DNA of 64,000 nucleotides from assembly GCA_034408935.1 (NCBI GenBank), contig DAOUMV010000014.1, forward strand, positions 32,564 through 96,563. The letters run 5' to 3'. Position numbers and translations under genes: made by a program. Shown here piece by piece: positions 28,593 to 38,034 of this stretch (position 1 is its first letter; the number at the start of each line of letters is the position of its first letter). The stretch is from Dehalococcoidia bacterium. Lineage in GTDB: Bacteria > Chloroflexota > Dehalococcoidia > SM23-28-2 > RBG-16-64-32. The notes under the pieces were generated by a model. That model saw only the letters and a program-made list of their open reading frames with translations. It had not been told where the DNA came from and did no database searches.

Positions 28593-29480
28593 CTACACCT
28601 CCGCCGGCGCCCCAGGGGGACGCTCCACGCTCCCACGCAGCGTCAGCGCCCCTACCCCACCCAGGACCAGCGCCACCCCGGCCCACTGCGCGGCGGAGAG
28701 GTGCTCGGCGAATATCAGTAACCCCCATAGTACGGTGGCCATGGGCTGGAGCAGCAACATGACCGACGTCTCCAGCGCCGGCAGGCGGGGCAGCGCTGTG
28801 GCTATCAGCAGCCAGCCGCCAACCTGGGCCACCATCGCCAACGCCAGCAGCCAGCCGTGCGCGGGCCAGGTGATGGCGAAGCTGAAATCCGGGTCCGCCG
28901 CCCCCGACAGGAGCGAGCCGATCGCCGCTCCGATGGTCGCGTCCAGGAGCGGCCCCGCGGCCGGGGCCAGCTCTCGGTTGGAGGCCCGGAACACCAGCAG
29001 GAAGCCAGTGTACGCGAGCCCGGCAACCACCCCCAACGCCGCTCCGGTAACGGGATCGTCCCCGAAGGCGTCCTCGCGACCCAGCCCCGAGATGAGCACC
29101 ACTCCGCCGAAGACGACCGGGATGGTGACAAACGCCAGCCCCGTGGGACGCTCTCGGTAGATCACCCAGGCGGCCAGGCCCACGAAGACCACCTGGGTGT
29201 TGGCGAGCACCGTGGCCAGCCCCGCGCCGATCAGGTCGATGGAGCGGTGCCAGACGGCCAGGTCCAGGGCAAGGAAGAGCCCGGCTCCCGCGGCCATCCA
29301 GCGGAGGTTCGCAGCACGCCGGTCTCGGCGCCGGACCGCCATCCAGAGCAGGAACAGCACCGGCACCGCGTAGGCGGTGCGGAAGAAGGCCGCAGTAGAG
29401 GGCGATACGTCTGCCTGCTTGACGAAGATCGCCGAGAAGGAGATGCCCAGGATCCCCAAAAGGGCGAACAGACGAGTCAT
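28593..29480 (-). CDS. DMT-superfamily (EamA-like) transporter
   Basis: 295 aa with ~10 hydrophobic helices. Two EamA-like halves. Confidence 0.8.
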   Translation of the reverse strand: MTRLFALLGILGISFSAIFVKQADVSPSTAAFFRTAYAVPVLFLLWMAVRRRDRRAANLRWMAAGAGLFLALDLAVWHRSIDLIGAGLATVLANTQVVFVGLAAWVIYRERPTGLAFVTIPVVFGGVVLISGLGREDAFGDDPVTGAALGVVAGLAYTGFLLVFRASNRELAPAAGPLLDATIGAAIGSLLSGAADPDFSFAITWPAHGWLLALAMVAQVGGWLLIATALPRLPALETSVMLLLQPMATVLWGLLIFAEHLSAAQWAGVALVLGGVGALTLRGSVERPPGAPAEV

Positions 29481-29581
29481 GCCGCCGCGCAGGCGATGGC
29501 CACCGCCCCCGAACTCACAAGCCCGACCAGGGGCGACCTACCCTACCGTCCACAACTGCGCAGGCTGCATGCACGGCTCCA

Positions 29582-30931
29582 TCACTCCTGCCACCTGACC
29601 TCGTGCAGCCGTACCGGCTTCTCGAAGCCCTTGAGGGTAGCCTCGCCCTTATCGGCGAAGGCGAAGCCCTTGCCAGCAGCAAGCTGCTGGACGACATCGG
29701 AGACGAGAATCTGTCCCGGCTCAGCGTGGTCGCAGATGCGCTTGGCCAGGTTCACGGCGGTGCCGAAGAGGTCGGCCTCCTCAGCGACGGGCTCGCCCGC
29801 GTTCATCCCGATGCGCACTCTGAGTGGCATGTCGCCTTGTTCGGCGATGGCCCGCTGGACGGCGACAGCGCACTCGATCGCCCGTGAGGCAGAGGGGAAG
29901 GACGCCATGATGCCGTCGCCGGTATGCTTGGTCTCGCTCCCGCCCTGAGCCTTGAGCGCCTCGCGAACGATGCTGTCGTGGGCGCGGCGGAGTTCCTGGG
30001 CCTTGGCGTCACCGAGGCGCTCAGTGAGGGCAGTCGAGGACTCCATGTCGGTGAAGAGGATAGTGGCGAGGCCGGACGGGACGGGTTCAGCGCGCACTTG
30101 AGATTCAGCCTCCATCAGGAAACCGTTGATGGCATCCAGCAAAGGCTTAGTGTCGCCCCACCAGGGCACATGAACGTCGCCTTCTAGTGGCTCAAGCCGG
30201 GCATCGGGAATGAGGGCGGTCATCTCGCGAGCCACGTCGAATGGGCAAAGAATGTCACCTCGGCGGTGGACCACGAGCGTGGGAGCTTGCACCTCCTCCA
30301 GCACGGACGTGACATCCTGTCCGTAGTTGGCATCCATCCAAGTAACGGCGTTCTCCGCGGAAGCCGCCTCCCGCTGCAACTTCGTCAGGAAGGCCACCTG
30401 GGCGGGGTCCCCCGACGGCGCGAAGACTGAGGATATGGCCGCGGACCCGGCGCCCCATGCGGCGCGGACGAGTGCCTTAAAGGGTTCATAAACTTCCGGC
30501 CGGGGGGCCCAGCGATGGTACGATCCATAAAGAACCAGGCGGGAGACACGCTCAGGGTGGCGGGTCGCGTAGACGAGGATCGTGGGACCGCCTTCGGAGA
30601 TACCCATTAAGGCGACCCGTTCTACTGCAAGCGCATCGACCACCGCCTCAAGGTCCCGCAGCTGGCCTTCCATCGAGAGGTCCGGAGCATCCCAGTCGCT
30701 CAGCCCCGTTCCACGCTTGTCCAATCGGACCAACAGGCGCGGCTCGGCGAGCCCCTGCCAGAATGCCCGCGTGTCCGCGTAATCCCACTCGACCTGGAGA
30801 TGGCTCACCCAGCCATGAGCCACCACTAGCGGCGGCCCCTTGCCTGCCGTAGCGTAGGCGATTCGCACACCGTCGGAAGTGGTGCAGAAGCGAATTTGCT
30901 GCTCCATCGGGATGCTCTCCTGGCGGAGCAA
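29582..30931 (-). CDS. alpha/beta-hydrolase domain fused to class III adenylate/guanylate cyclase domain
   Basis: N-terminus VVAHGWVSHL...GISEGG (nucleophile elbow GxSxG). C-terminus ILFTDMESSTALTERLGD...GDGIMASF...RVRIGMNAGEPV...DLFGTAVNLAKRI are class III cyclase catalytic motifs. Alternative start at MEQQIRF (30907). Confidence 0.8.
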   Translation of the reverse strand: MLRQESIPMEQQIRFCTTSDGVRIAYATAGKGPPLVVAHGWVSHLQVEWDYADTRAFWQGLAEPRLLVRLDKRGTGLSDWDAPDLSMEGQLRDLEAVVDALAVERVALMGISEGGPTILVYATRHPERVSRLVLYGSYHRWAPRPEVYEPFKALVRAAWGAGSAAISSVFAPSGDPAQVAFLTKLQREAASAENAVTWMDANYGQDVTSVLEEVQAPTLVVHRRGDILCPFDVAREMTALIPDARLEPLEGDVHVPWWGDTKPLLDAINGFLMEAESQVRAEPVPSGLATILFTDMESSTALTERLGDAKAQELRRAHDSIVREALKAQGGSETKHTGDGIMASFPSASRAIECAVAVQRAIAEQGDMPLRVRIGMNAGEPVAEEADLFGTAVNLAKRICDHAEPGQILVSDVVQQLAAGKGFAFADKGEATLKGFEKPVRLHEVRWQE

Positions 30932-30942
30932 GCATAGCGCTG

Positions 30943-30983
30943 AAGGGGGCAGCCGTCAAAGGCGGGCCAGATAGCTGCCAGAA
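30943..30983 (-). promoter_or_regulatory. 41-bp promoter element copy A (minus strand: gcctTTGACGgctgccccccttcagcgcTATGCTtgctccgc)
   Basis: Contains -35 TTGACG and -10 TATGCT with an 18-nt spacer, 12-20 nt upstream of the cyclase start with SD AGGAGAG. A near-identical copy is at 32890-32931. Confidence 0.4.
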
Positions 30984-31136
30984 GGTCGCCGAGCGCATGA
31001 AGGAGCCAGGAACAGCCCCTGCCCGTTTAAGGTGACAGATAGGGGAGAGGATGTCTGTAACGCCTTTGGTTGACTGTTGTTATTCAGGTAGAGCCACCGC
31101 TAGGGCCACCGCGCCAGGACGTTCGGAGGTTATAGG

Positions 31137-31421
31137 ATGCCCAGCTTGCCAAATTACCGGCCGCCAAGAATGCGCTTGCACGTCATTCTGCTCGAGGTGA
31201 GCGCCCTCATCTTGGGCCTCTCGGCGATTGCACTTTCCCGGCAGTCTACGGCGGTATGGCTGGTGGGCGTCATATTGGTCATGCTCCACACCCTTCTCTT
31301 CTACCGCCTCGGGAAGATGTCCGGACGTCTCGCCGGTGAGGGATCGCGAGACTTCTTCCGCGGCTTCAAACAGGGGCTGATGGGACGACCGGATTTCGAC
31401 AGTCAGTCCGGCAGCGGCTAG
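31137..31421 (+). CDS. small hypothetical membrane protein
   Basis: 94-aa ORF with two hydrophobic helices in an otherwise intergenic gap. No clear SD. Confidence 0.2.
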   Translation: MPSLPNYRPPRMRLHVILLEVSALILGLSAIALSRQSTAVWLVGVILVMLHTLLFYRLGKMSGRLAGEGSRDFFRGFKQGLMGRPDFDSQSGSG

Positions 31422-31564
31422 CCATGCCCACCTCGTGGACGCTATCGGGCTAGCATCGGAGCCGCCCGACTAGCGCCGCTGCCTCAACACGAATAGCTTC
31501 GTCATGCCGGGTCACCCCCGATCTGGCGCCCAGATGAGCCCGATCACCAGACCGAGGGTCAGTG

Positions 31565-32836
31565 TCACACGAAGTAGTGACTGTGCGCTTCGTCGATGGT
31601 GGAGGCAGTGAGAACTCTCTCGCCTCCCTGGTAGCGGGCGGCATCAGCTATCGCTTCGACGAAGTCGCGGGGGTAGCAACCACGCATCTCACGGATTCCC
31701 TCACCGAAGTACTTGTCCATGAGATAGATGGCGGCCTCCTCGTCGTAGGACACGTCGTTTCGCTCACACTCGCGCTTCATTATCTCCAGGAACATGGGGG
31801 CATCCGGCCCTGGAATCTTCACCTTGTAGCGAATCCTTCGCAGGAACGCATCGTCCGCCAACTGCGTCGGGGGTAGGTTGGACACGAAGACGGGGATCAC
31901 GTCGAAAGGAACCTCGAACCTGGCGCCACTGTGGAGCGACAGGTTGTCGGTCTGTCTTTCCAGCGGAACAACCCATCGGTTCAGCAGATAGGCCGCATCC
32001 AGGCGCTGACGCCCGAAATCGTCGATGATGAGGACGCCGCCATTGGCCTTCATCTGTATGGGCGCCTCATAGGTCTTGTGCACCTGGTCCAGCATGAGTT
32101 CCAGGTGATTGGCGGCGAGCTCCCCCGCGGCGAACACCGCAGGGCGCCTGATGACGACCCAACGTCGATCAGGCATCCCTCGTCCTCCTGACTTGCCGCT
32201 ATCCGCGCCATCGCCATCGACTGCTTCGTGAGTGGACGGGTCATATAGTTGAATCGTCTCCCGCATCACCTCGACGGCGTACGGGATCAGGATATGGCCG
32301 GACATCGCCCCTCCCAGCCCCTCGGCCGCGCTGGTCTTGCCGTTCCCGGAGGCACCGTACAGCAATGTGGCTCGCTTCGAGCTGACCGCTTGCCCAATGA
32401 GATCCAGCGTGCGCTGCGAAAAAACCAGGTGAGACAGACTCTCCTCAATCTCCTGCCGCGAAAGCTCCACGTCGTGAACCGTCTGTTTTCGTACCTGCTC
32501 GATGTAGGCCGCCACCGGCACGGGCGCCGGGCCAACGTAGCCGCTCATCGCCAGTGCTGCCGCCGCTCGCTCTATTCCCTTCGAGGTGAGGGAAATCCGT
32601 AGCGTCGCTACAGTGCGTCCCGTTCCCCCCAACACTTCGCAGAGACGTTCCCTCTGCAGGAATTCCAGTAGCTCCGTCGTGGCGTTTAGGGACAAGGCGA
32701 GGCGCTTGGCGATTTCGGCCCCGTCGATGTTGCTGGCGAAGTACAGCGTCTTCAAGGCGAGATCGGCAAGAACGCCCGTGTCGAGCCCCGTCGCAGCAAC
32801 CGTACCGGGAGCCGTAGGTCGTTTAATGTTAGTCAT
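31565..32836 (-). CDS. AAA+ family ATPase, function unknown
   Basis: Start set at MTNIKRPTAP (SD AAAGGAG). Walker A LLYGASGNGKTSAAEGL, Walker B-like VLIIDDFGRQR. ~150-aa N-terminal region of unknown type. No confident subfamily. Confidence 0.55.
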   Translation of the reverse strand: MTNIKRPTAPGTVAATGLDTGVLADLALKTLYFASNIDGAEIAKRLALSLNATTELLEFLQRERLCEVLGGTGRTVATLRISLTSKGIERAAAALAMSGYVGPAPVPVAAYIEQVRKQTVHDVELSRQEIEESLSHLVFSQRTLDLIGQAVSSKRATLLYGASGNGKTSAAEGLGGAMSGHILIPYAVEVMRETIQLYDPSTHEAVDGDGADSGKSGGRGMPDRRWVVIRRPAVFAAGELAANHLELMLDQVHKTYEAPIQMKANGGVLIIDDFGRQRLDAAYLLNRWVVPLERQTDNLSLHSGARFEVPFDVIPVFVSNLPPTQLADDAFLRRIRYKVKIPGPDAPMFLEIMKRECERNDVSYDEEAAIYLMDKYFGEGIREMRGCYPRDFVEAIADAARYQGGERVLTASTIDEAHSHYFV

Positions 32837-32889
32837 GACAGACTCCTTTGGCACCAGTTCGTGCAGGCACTCCCCAGATGCCCCTACCA

Positions 32890-32931
32890 GCGGAGCAAGC
32901 ATAGCGCTGAAGGGGGCACCCGTCAAAGGCA
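32890..32931 (-). promoter_or_regulatory. 41-bp promoter element copy B (1 mismatch to copy A)
   Basis: agcggagcaagcatagcgctgaagggggcacccgtcaaaggc, located 54-95 nt upstream of the ATPase start. Confidence 0.4.
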
Positions 32932-33106
32932 TCGAACGCTGATCGGGCGAGGACATCCGTGCCCGTCATATCGATCGCCATTTGCACGCTGGGGTGGGGC
33001 GGCCACATCCTAAGAGCCTATCCGATTCAGGCGGACGAAATCTCAGGCGCGGGTGGGCAGGACGAACCACCTGACGGTGGGACCATGAGGGCCCAGCTTC
33101 GAGCCC

Positions 33107-33493
33107 TCACACCACCGCCACCGCCTCGATCTCCACCAGCATCGCCGACTCCGCCAGGCCGCTCACCTCCACCATGCTGGCCGCGGGCTTCACCTCAGCG
33201 AACACCTCAGCGTGGGCGCGGGCCGCCTCCTCCCAACGCCTCATGTCCGTGAGGTAGATCCGCGTCCGCACCACGTCTCGCATCGTGGCGCCCGCCTCCT
33301 CCAGCGCCCGCTCGATGTTGCGCAGGGTCTGCCGCGCCTGGGCGTAGACGTCGCCCTCACCCACCAGCTTGCCGTCGTCGCCCCAGGCGACGGTGCCCGA
33401 GACGTAGACGGTGTCACCCACGCGGACGGCGCGGGAAAAGCCGATTACGTCCTCGTACGGGCTGTTCGAGGAGACACGCCGACGCTCTGCCAT
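33107..33493 (-). CDS. RidA/YjgF family (reactive intermediate deaminase) protein
   Basis: 128 aa. VYVSGTVAW...GDVYAQARQTLRNIERALEEAGATMRDVVRTRIYLTDM...MVEVSGLAESAMLVEIEAVA is the canonical RidA pattern. Confidence 0.85.
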   Translation of the reverse strand: MAERRRVSSNSPYEDVIGFSRAVRVGDTVYVSGTVAWGDDGKLVGEGDVYAQARQTLRNIERALEEAGATMRDVVRTRIYLTDMRRWEEAARAHAEVFAEVKPAASMVEVSGLAESAMLVEIEAVAVV

Positions 33494-33508
33494 CGCGGTT
33501 CCCCCTAC

Positions 33509-34123
33509 CTATCGCTGGTAGCTGCCCACAAGCTGCGCTTCGCCAAGGATGCGGCCCTCCATGGCGTCAACAACGTCCTGCTTCGACGCTCCTGGGTCCA
33601 ACTCAAGGAGGCCGTCGAGGGCGTAGAGGGAGAATCGATATCGGTGAGGGCCATCTGGCGGCGGACAAGGGCCACCGTAGCCGATATCGCCAAAGTCGTT
33701 CTTGCCCTGAAGCCCGCCGCTCTCCGGCCGCTCCGTTTTCGCCACCCCCGCGGGCAGGCCCTCGGTGGCCGCCGGGAGGTTGTACAGCACCCAGTGCGTG
33801 AAGCTGTCCCCGGGGGCATCCGGATCATCCACTATAAGGGCGTACGATTGGGTGTCCTGAGGAGCCTCACTCCAGGAGAGGGCGGGCGAGGTGTCATCCC
33901 CGTCGCAGGTGAAAGGAGGCGGGACCGCCTCATCGGGGCCGAAGGCATCGCTGCTCAGTGAGAAGGCCACGACCCAACCCGCCGGTGTCTCCGTGACGGA
34001 AGGCGACTCCGAGGGCGTCTCGGCCCCATCGCCACAGGCCGCGATCAGGAGTCCTACCGCGAGCCAACCGCAAAGGAACCACCTGATCGCTGCCGCTGTC
34101 ACCCGGTCCCGATGTCTGCCCAT
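33509..34123 (-). CDS. YbhB/YbcL (PEBP/Raf-kinase-inhibitor-like) family lipoprotein
   Basis: Lipobox LIAAC. FTCDGDDTSPALSW...LIVDDPDAP...HWVLYNL...GYGGPCPPPDGPHRYRFSLYALD are PEBP motifs. Confidence 0.7.
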   Translation of the reverse strand: MGRHRDRVTAAAIRWFLCGWLAVGLLIAACGDGAETPSESPSVTETPAGWVVAFSLSSDAFGPDEAVPPPFTCDGDDTSPALSWSEAPQDTQSYALIVDDPDAPGDSFTHWVLYNLPAATEGLPAGVAKTERPESGGLQGKNDFGDIGYGGPCPPPDGPHRYRFSLYALDGLLELDPGASKQDVVDAMEGRILGEAQLVGSYQR

Positions 34124-34128
34124 TGGTG

Positions 34129-35160
34129 CTACTCCCATAGCCCCTTCTGGAGCTGCTGCGGCACCTCCAGCCCCAGGTGCCCGTAGGCATGGCGCGTCGC
34201 CACCCGCCCCCGGGGCGTGCGCTGGAGAAACCCCACCTGCATCAGGTACGGCTCGTACACGTCCATGATGGTGTCCGCCTCCTCCGAGATGGAGGCGGCG
34301 ATCGTCTCGATGCCCACGGGCCCCCCATCGAACTTCTCGATGATCGTGTGCAGCACCTTGTGGTCCACCTCGTCCAGCCCCATCTCGTCCACATCCAGGC
34401 GGGCCAGCGCCTCCCGGGCCACCTCCGGCGTGATCACGCCCTCCGCCCGCACCTGCGCGTAGTCCCGCACCCGACGCAGCAGCCGGTTGGCCACGCGCGG
34501 CGTGCCCCGCGACCGCCGAGCGATCTCGCCCGCGCCCTCACCCTCGATCGGGATGCCGAGTATCGCGGCGCTCCGCGCCACGATGGCGGCGATCGCCTCC
34601 TGGTCGTAGAAGTCCAAGCGGTAGACAGCCCCGAAGCGGTCCCGAAGCGGCGGGCTCAGCATCGCGTAGCGCGTGGTCGCCCCGATGAACGTGAAGCGCG
34701 GCACCGACAGGCGGACGCTGCGGGCGCCCGGCCCCCGCCCCAGCACGATGTCCAACGCGAAGTCCTCCATCGCCGGGTACAGCACCTCCTCCGCCGCCCG
34801 CGGCAGCCGGTGCACCTCATCGATGAACAGCACGTCGTGCTCCTGGAGGTTCGTGAGGATCGCCGCCAGGTCCCCCGCCCGCTCGATCGCAGGACCCGAC
34901 GTCACCCGGATAGACACCGACATCTCGTGGGCGACGATGTGGGCCAGCGTCGTCTTGCCCAGCCCCGGCGGCCCGTACAGTAGCAGGTGATCCAGCGCCT
35001 CCTGACGTTGCTGGGCTGCGGCGATGCCGATGCTCAGGTTGTCCTTCAGTTTCTCCTGACCGATGAACTCCTCCAGCCGACGCGGCCGCAGGGTAGTGTC
35101 CAGCGCCAGGTCGTCCTCTTGGAGCTTCCCGGAGGTGATCCGCGTCTCCGCGCTGTCCAT
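34129..35160 (-). CDS. ruvB: Holliday junction branch migration DNA helicase RuvB
   Basis: 343 aa. [19 protein letters not shown]...[22 protein letters not shown]...[10 protein letters not shown], full-length collinear with RuvB. Confidence 0.95.
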   Translation of the reverse strand: MDSAETRITSGKLQEDDLALDTTLRPRRLEEFIGQEKLKDNLSIGIAAAQQRQEALDHLLLYGPPGLGKTTLAHIVAHEMSVSIRVTSGPAIERAGDLAAILTNLQEHDVLFIDEVHRLPRAAEEVLYPAMEDFALDIVLGRGPGARSVRLSVPRFTFIGATTRYAMLSPPLRDRFGAVYRLDFYDQEAIAAIVARSAAILGIPIEGEGAGEIARRSRGTPRVANRLLRRVRDYAQVRAEGVITPEVAREALARLDVDEMGLDEVDHKVLHTIIEKFDGGPVGIETIAASISEEADTIMDVYEPYLMQVGFLQRTPRGRVATRHAYGHLGLEVPQQLQKGLWE

Positions 35161-35302
35161 ATCTGATTCGAATAGTTGTGCTGTTTTTCGCCCATTATAG
35201 CCCCCCAGGGGGGCTTGTCAAACCCCGCGTCTCGGTTATAATCTCTCAGAACGGCATATCTTTTACATTCTTCGTGCGCCCCTACACCACGGAGGAGACG
35301 AT

Positions 35303-35512
35303 ATGCAAAACCCTGCGCGCGACGGTCACATCGAGCTGCCGCTGGAGATCCTCCCCCAAGACGTCGAGTTGTATCACCTCTGCCCGTCCTGCGGGAACCG
35401 CTATCTCCAAAGCATCAGCATTCAGGAGCTGATCGACCGCATACAGGAAGGAAACCTGGTGGACCGCGTTCAAGGCGACATCGCGGAGGCCCCTGCGCGG
35501 CGTGACGACTGA
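35303..35512 (+). CDS. small hypothetical protein with CPSC motif
   Basis: 69 aa. Strong SD GGAGGAG 7 nt upstream of the ATG. Confidence 0.4.
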   Translation: MQNPARDGHIELPLEILPQDVELYHLCPSCGNRYLQSISIQELIDRIQEGNLVDRVQGDIAEAPARRDD

Positions 35513-35523
35513 CCCGCCCCCGC

Positions 35524-37500
35524 TCACACCCCTCCCAGGCTCAGCCGCTGCTCGTACAACGAGCGCATGCCTGTGGCGCCGTGCCTGCCGGCAGGCAGGT
35601 AGCAAAGCTCGATCCCAAGCACCCGTCGCCTCTCCCCGCTGAGGCCGGCGCCCCCGTCCGTCACCTCGATCACGTCGTACAGCTCCTGGCCGCAGTTCAC
35701 CGGCACCGCGATCTCCCCGTCCGCCGCAGCCAGCGCCGCCTTGCGAAGCACCGCATCGCCCCGGTCCTCCGCCTGCCCCACGCTCGTCAGGTTCAGGTCG
35801 TGCACCTGCACCAGACGGTCGTACACGGCCTCCACCCCGGGCCAGTCCAGCCGTTCCGCGAACACCTCGTCGCCGAACACCTGCGCCCGGTTCGGCTCGA
35901 CCGCGCCCGCCCGATAGCGCCCGCGCAGGAGGGCGTGCTCCGCGCCGTAGGCGTAGGCGGCTGACTCCGCGGCCAGCGGCTCCTTGAGGAACGCGAACTC
36001 GCCCTGCAGGTAGACCACGTCCGGCAAGAACGCCAGCAGCCGACCCACCGCCGTCAGCCCCGACTCCCCCGGGTGCACCGTGAACGCCGGGTACAGGTTT
36101 GCCGATTCGCTGCTGCCCCCCGCCGACGAGAACTCCAGCCCGGCCCGCGCGAACAGGAACCGCAGGATCCCGAACACGTTCCTCTCCCCGGCCGCCCAGG
36201 CGTACTGCCGTCGCGCCCGCCAAGCCGCCAACAGCCCCCAGCCGTCGCTGCCGTGCAGGACGACCGCCGCCTGTCCGCCCCCGGAGACCAGCTCCACGCC
36301 GTCCACCCAGTAGGCGGGCCCGTACGACGCCTGCGGGCCGCTGCCCGTCACGTAGCCCGGGCTCACGCGCACCTCCGTGCCCGCTTTCAGCAGCGACAAC
36401 TCGGTGTAGCGGCCGTCGTCGTTGCGCAGAACCAGCCGCAGCCGCGCGCCGACCGGGCGCTCCTCCGCGGCCGCCTCCAGCACGTCCGCCGTCACGTCCA
36501 GCGGCTCCGTGTCCAGAGCCGCTGTCCACACCCCCGACGGCGCCGAAAGCCACAGCGCCGCCCCGCTATGCGCCACCGCCAGACCGTACTCGCACCCGAA
36601 GTCGAACGGCACTGGCTCCCGCCACAGGTTGTCCGCGTACGCCGCCGTCGCCGGCGAGTAGCTATGGTAGGGCCGTGAGTACGCCTGCGTCCCTGTGTAC
36701 TTCTCGACGAACGTCAGGCGGAAGGTGTCGGGCCGGCCCAGGAACGGGGCCCGGAATCCCACCGACGACCCGCTGCTCGCACGCATCACCTCCGATAGGG
36801 ACGACCACGCGCCCACCGGCTGCGAGAAACCGTCACCGTAGATCGTCGTCCACACGAAGCCGTTGCCGTCCGCATCTCCACCCGCTACCACTACGTTGTA
36901 GTCGGCGGCGTAGTGGCAGGCCAGGCCACTGACGGCGGCGACCGTGTTGCTCCAGGCCGTCACGCTCCCCCAGCTTCCGCTGCTGCGCTTCACCGCGTAC
37001 ACCGTCCCGTCGACCGAGTACACCAGCACCGCGTCCCCGTTCGACTTCACGTCGGCGGCCAGCCACGTGACGTCGCCCACGGCCGACACCACCGTCACCG
37101 GCGATCCCAGGGACGCCCCGTGGTCGCTGCTCTCCCGCGCCTTAACGTCCCGGCCGTTCGTGTCCACGTAGAACAGGAGCACGCTCGACCCCTCGCTGCA
37201 CAGCGCCACGTCCGCGTCGGCGACCGCCCCCAGGTCCGTCCACGACGAGAAGTCGCTAGTCGGCCCGGGATCCGTCACCCGCTGGTAGTACAGTCGACCA
37301 GAGGCGACCCGCGCCCGCAGCAGCGACCCATCCGAAGGCATCGTCGCCGCGTGGTACCCGTCCGGCTCCGACCCGTTGTACAGCCGCTCGAACCCCAGGC
37401 GCGCTATGCCGCCGATGCAGTCGGCGACGGTGACCCTGAGGTAGGGGACGGCGGAGGTGCTGCGCTGGGCGGCCAGCAGCTCCGGCGACAGGCTGCGCAT
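35524..37500 (-). CDS. large hypothetical protein (658 aa), no recognisable family
   Basis: Long ORF with protein-like composition. No signal peptide. Ser/Gly-rich beta-rich segments. No motif recognised. Confidence 0.55.
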   Translation of the reverse strand: MRSLSPELLAAQRSTSAVPYLRVTVADCIGGIARLGFERLYNGSEPDGYHAATMPSDGSLLRARVASGRLYYQRVTDPGPTSDFSSWTDLGAVADADVALCSEGSSVLLFYVDTNGRDVKARESSDHGASLGSPVTVVSAVGDVTWLAADVKSNGDAVLVYSVDGTVYAVKRSSGSWGSVTAWSNTVAAVSGLACHYAADYNVVVAGGDADGNGFVWTTIYGDGFSQPVGAWSSLSEVMRASSGSSVGFRAPFLGRPDTFRLTFVEKYTGTQAYSRPYHSYSPATAAYADNLWREPVPFDFGCEYGLAVAHSGAALWLSAPSGVWTAALDTEPLDVTADVLEAAAEERPVGARLRLVLRNDDGRYTELSLLKAGTEVRVSPGYVTGSGPQASYGPAYWVDGVELVSGGGQAAVVLHGSDGWGLLAAWRARRQYAWAAGERNVFGILRFLFARAGLEFSSAGGSSESANLYPAFTVHPGESGLTAVGRLLAFLPDVVYLQGEFAFLKEPLAAESAAYAYGAEHALLRGRYRAGAVEPNRAQVFGDEVFAERLDWPGVEAVYDRLVQVHDLNLTSVGQAEDRGDAVLRKAALAAADGEIAVPVNCGQELYDVIEVTDGGAGLSGERRRVLGIELCYLPAGRHGATGMRSLYEQRLSLGGV

Positions 37501-37734
37501 AGCGACCGCATCCTACGCCCCGCGCCGCGCTATCTGTAAGGGGAGAGTGGCAGACCGCGCTTCCCCCTCCCGTAGGTCGAGGCCCCAGCCTCGACCGTCC
37601 CTTCCCGCTCAGGGCGAGCGGGCGTCTACGGCGTGTAGCCCGTATTCAACGTCAGCGGCACTGCCCTCGTGATCTCGTCAATGCGTACGCCCATCGTCCG
37701 CGTGATCCCTACGGGATCAGCAGCGCGTCAGGCT

Positions 37735-37935
37735 TCAGCCGGCGCCTGCCGACGGTGTCGCGGGCTCCAACGCCGATGAGCTACCGCCACCCAGCGCGAA
37801 GGTTGAGACGGCCCGCTCCGCCTCGTGCTCCTGGCAACGCGGGCAGTCCACCTTGGACTCCCCCGTGGAGATGCTGCGCACGAGCTTCTCGAAGCGGTGG
37901 CCGCATGCGGAACAGACGTATTCGTAGATAGGCAT
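37735..37935 (-). CDS. FmdB-family zinc-ribbon protein
   Basis: [18 protein letters not shown]...CPRC, the canonical FmdB N-terminus with two CxxC pairs. Confidence 0.7.
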   Translation of the reverse strand: MPIYEYVCSACGHRFEKLVRSISTGESKVDCPRCQEHEAERAVSTFALGGGSSSALEPATPSAGAG

Positions 37936-38034
37936 CCTGCGACTAGCATACCCCTCAGGGGTATGCTAGTCAACTGCCGCCCTCAACTTCTTCGGCCACA
38001 GGCTGCGCATAGCGACGGCATCCGGCCCCAGCGC

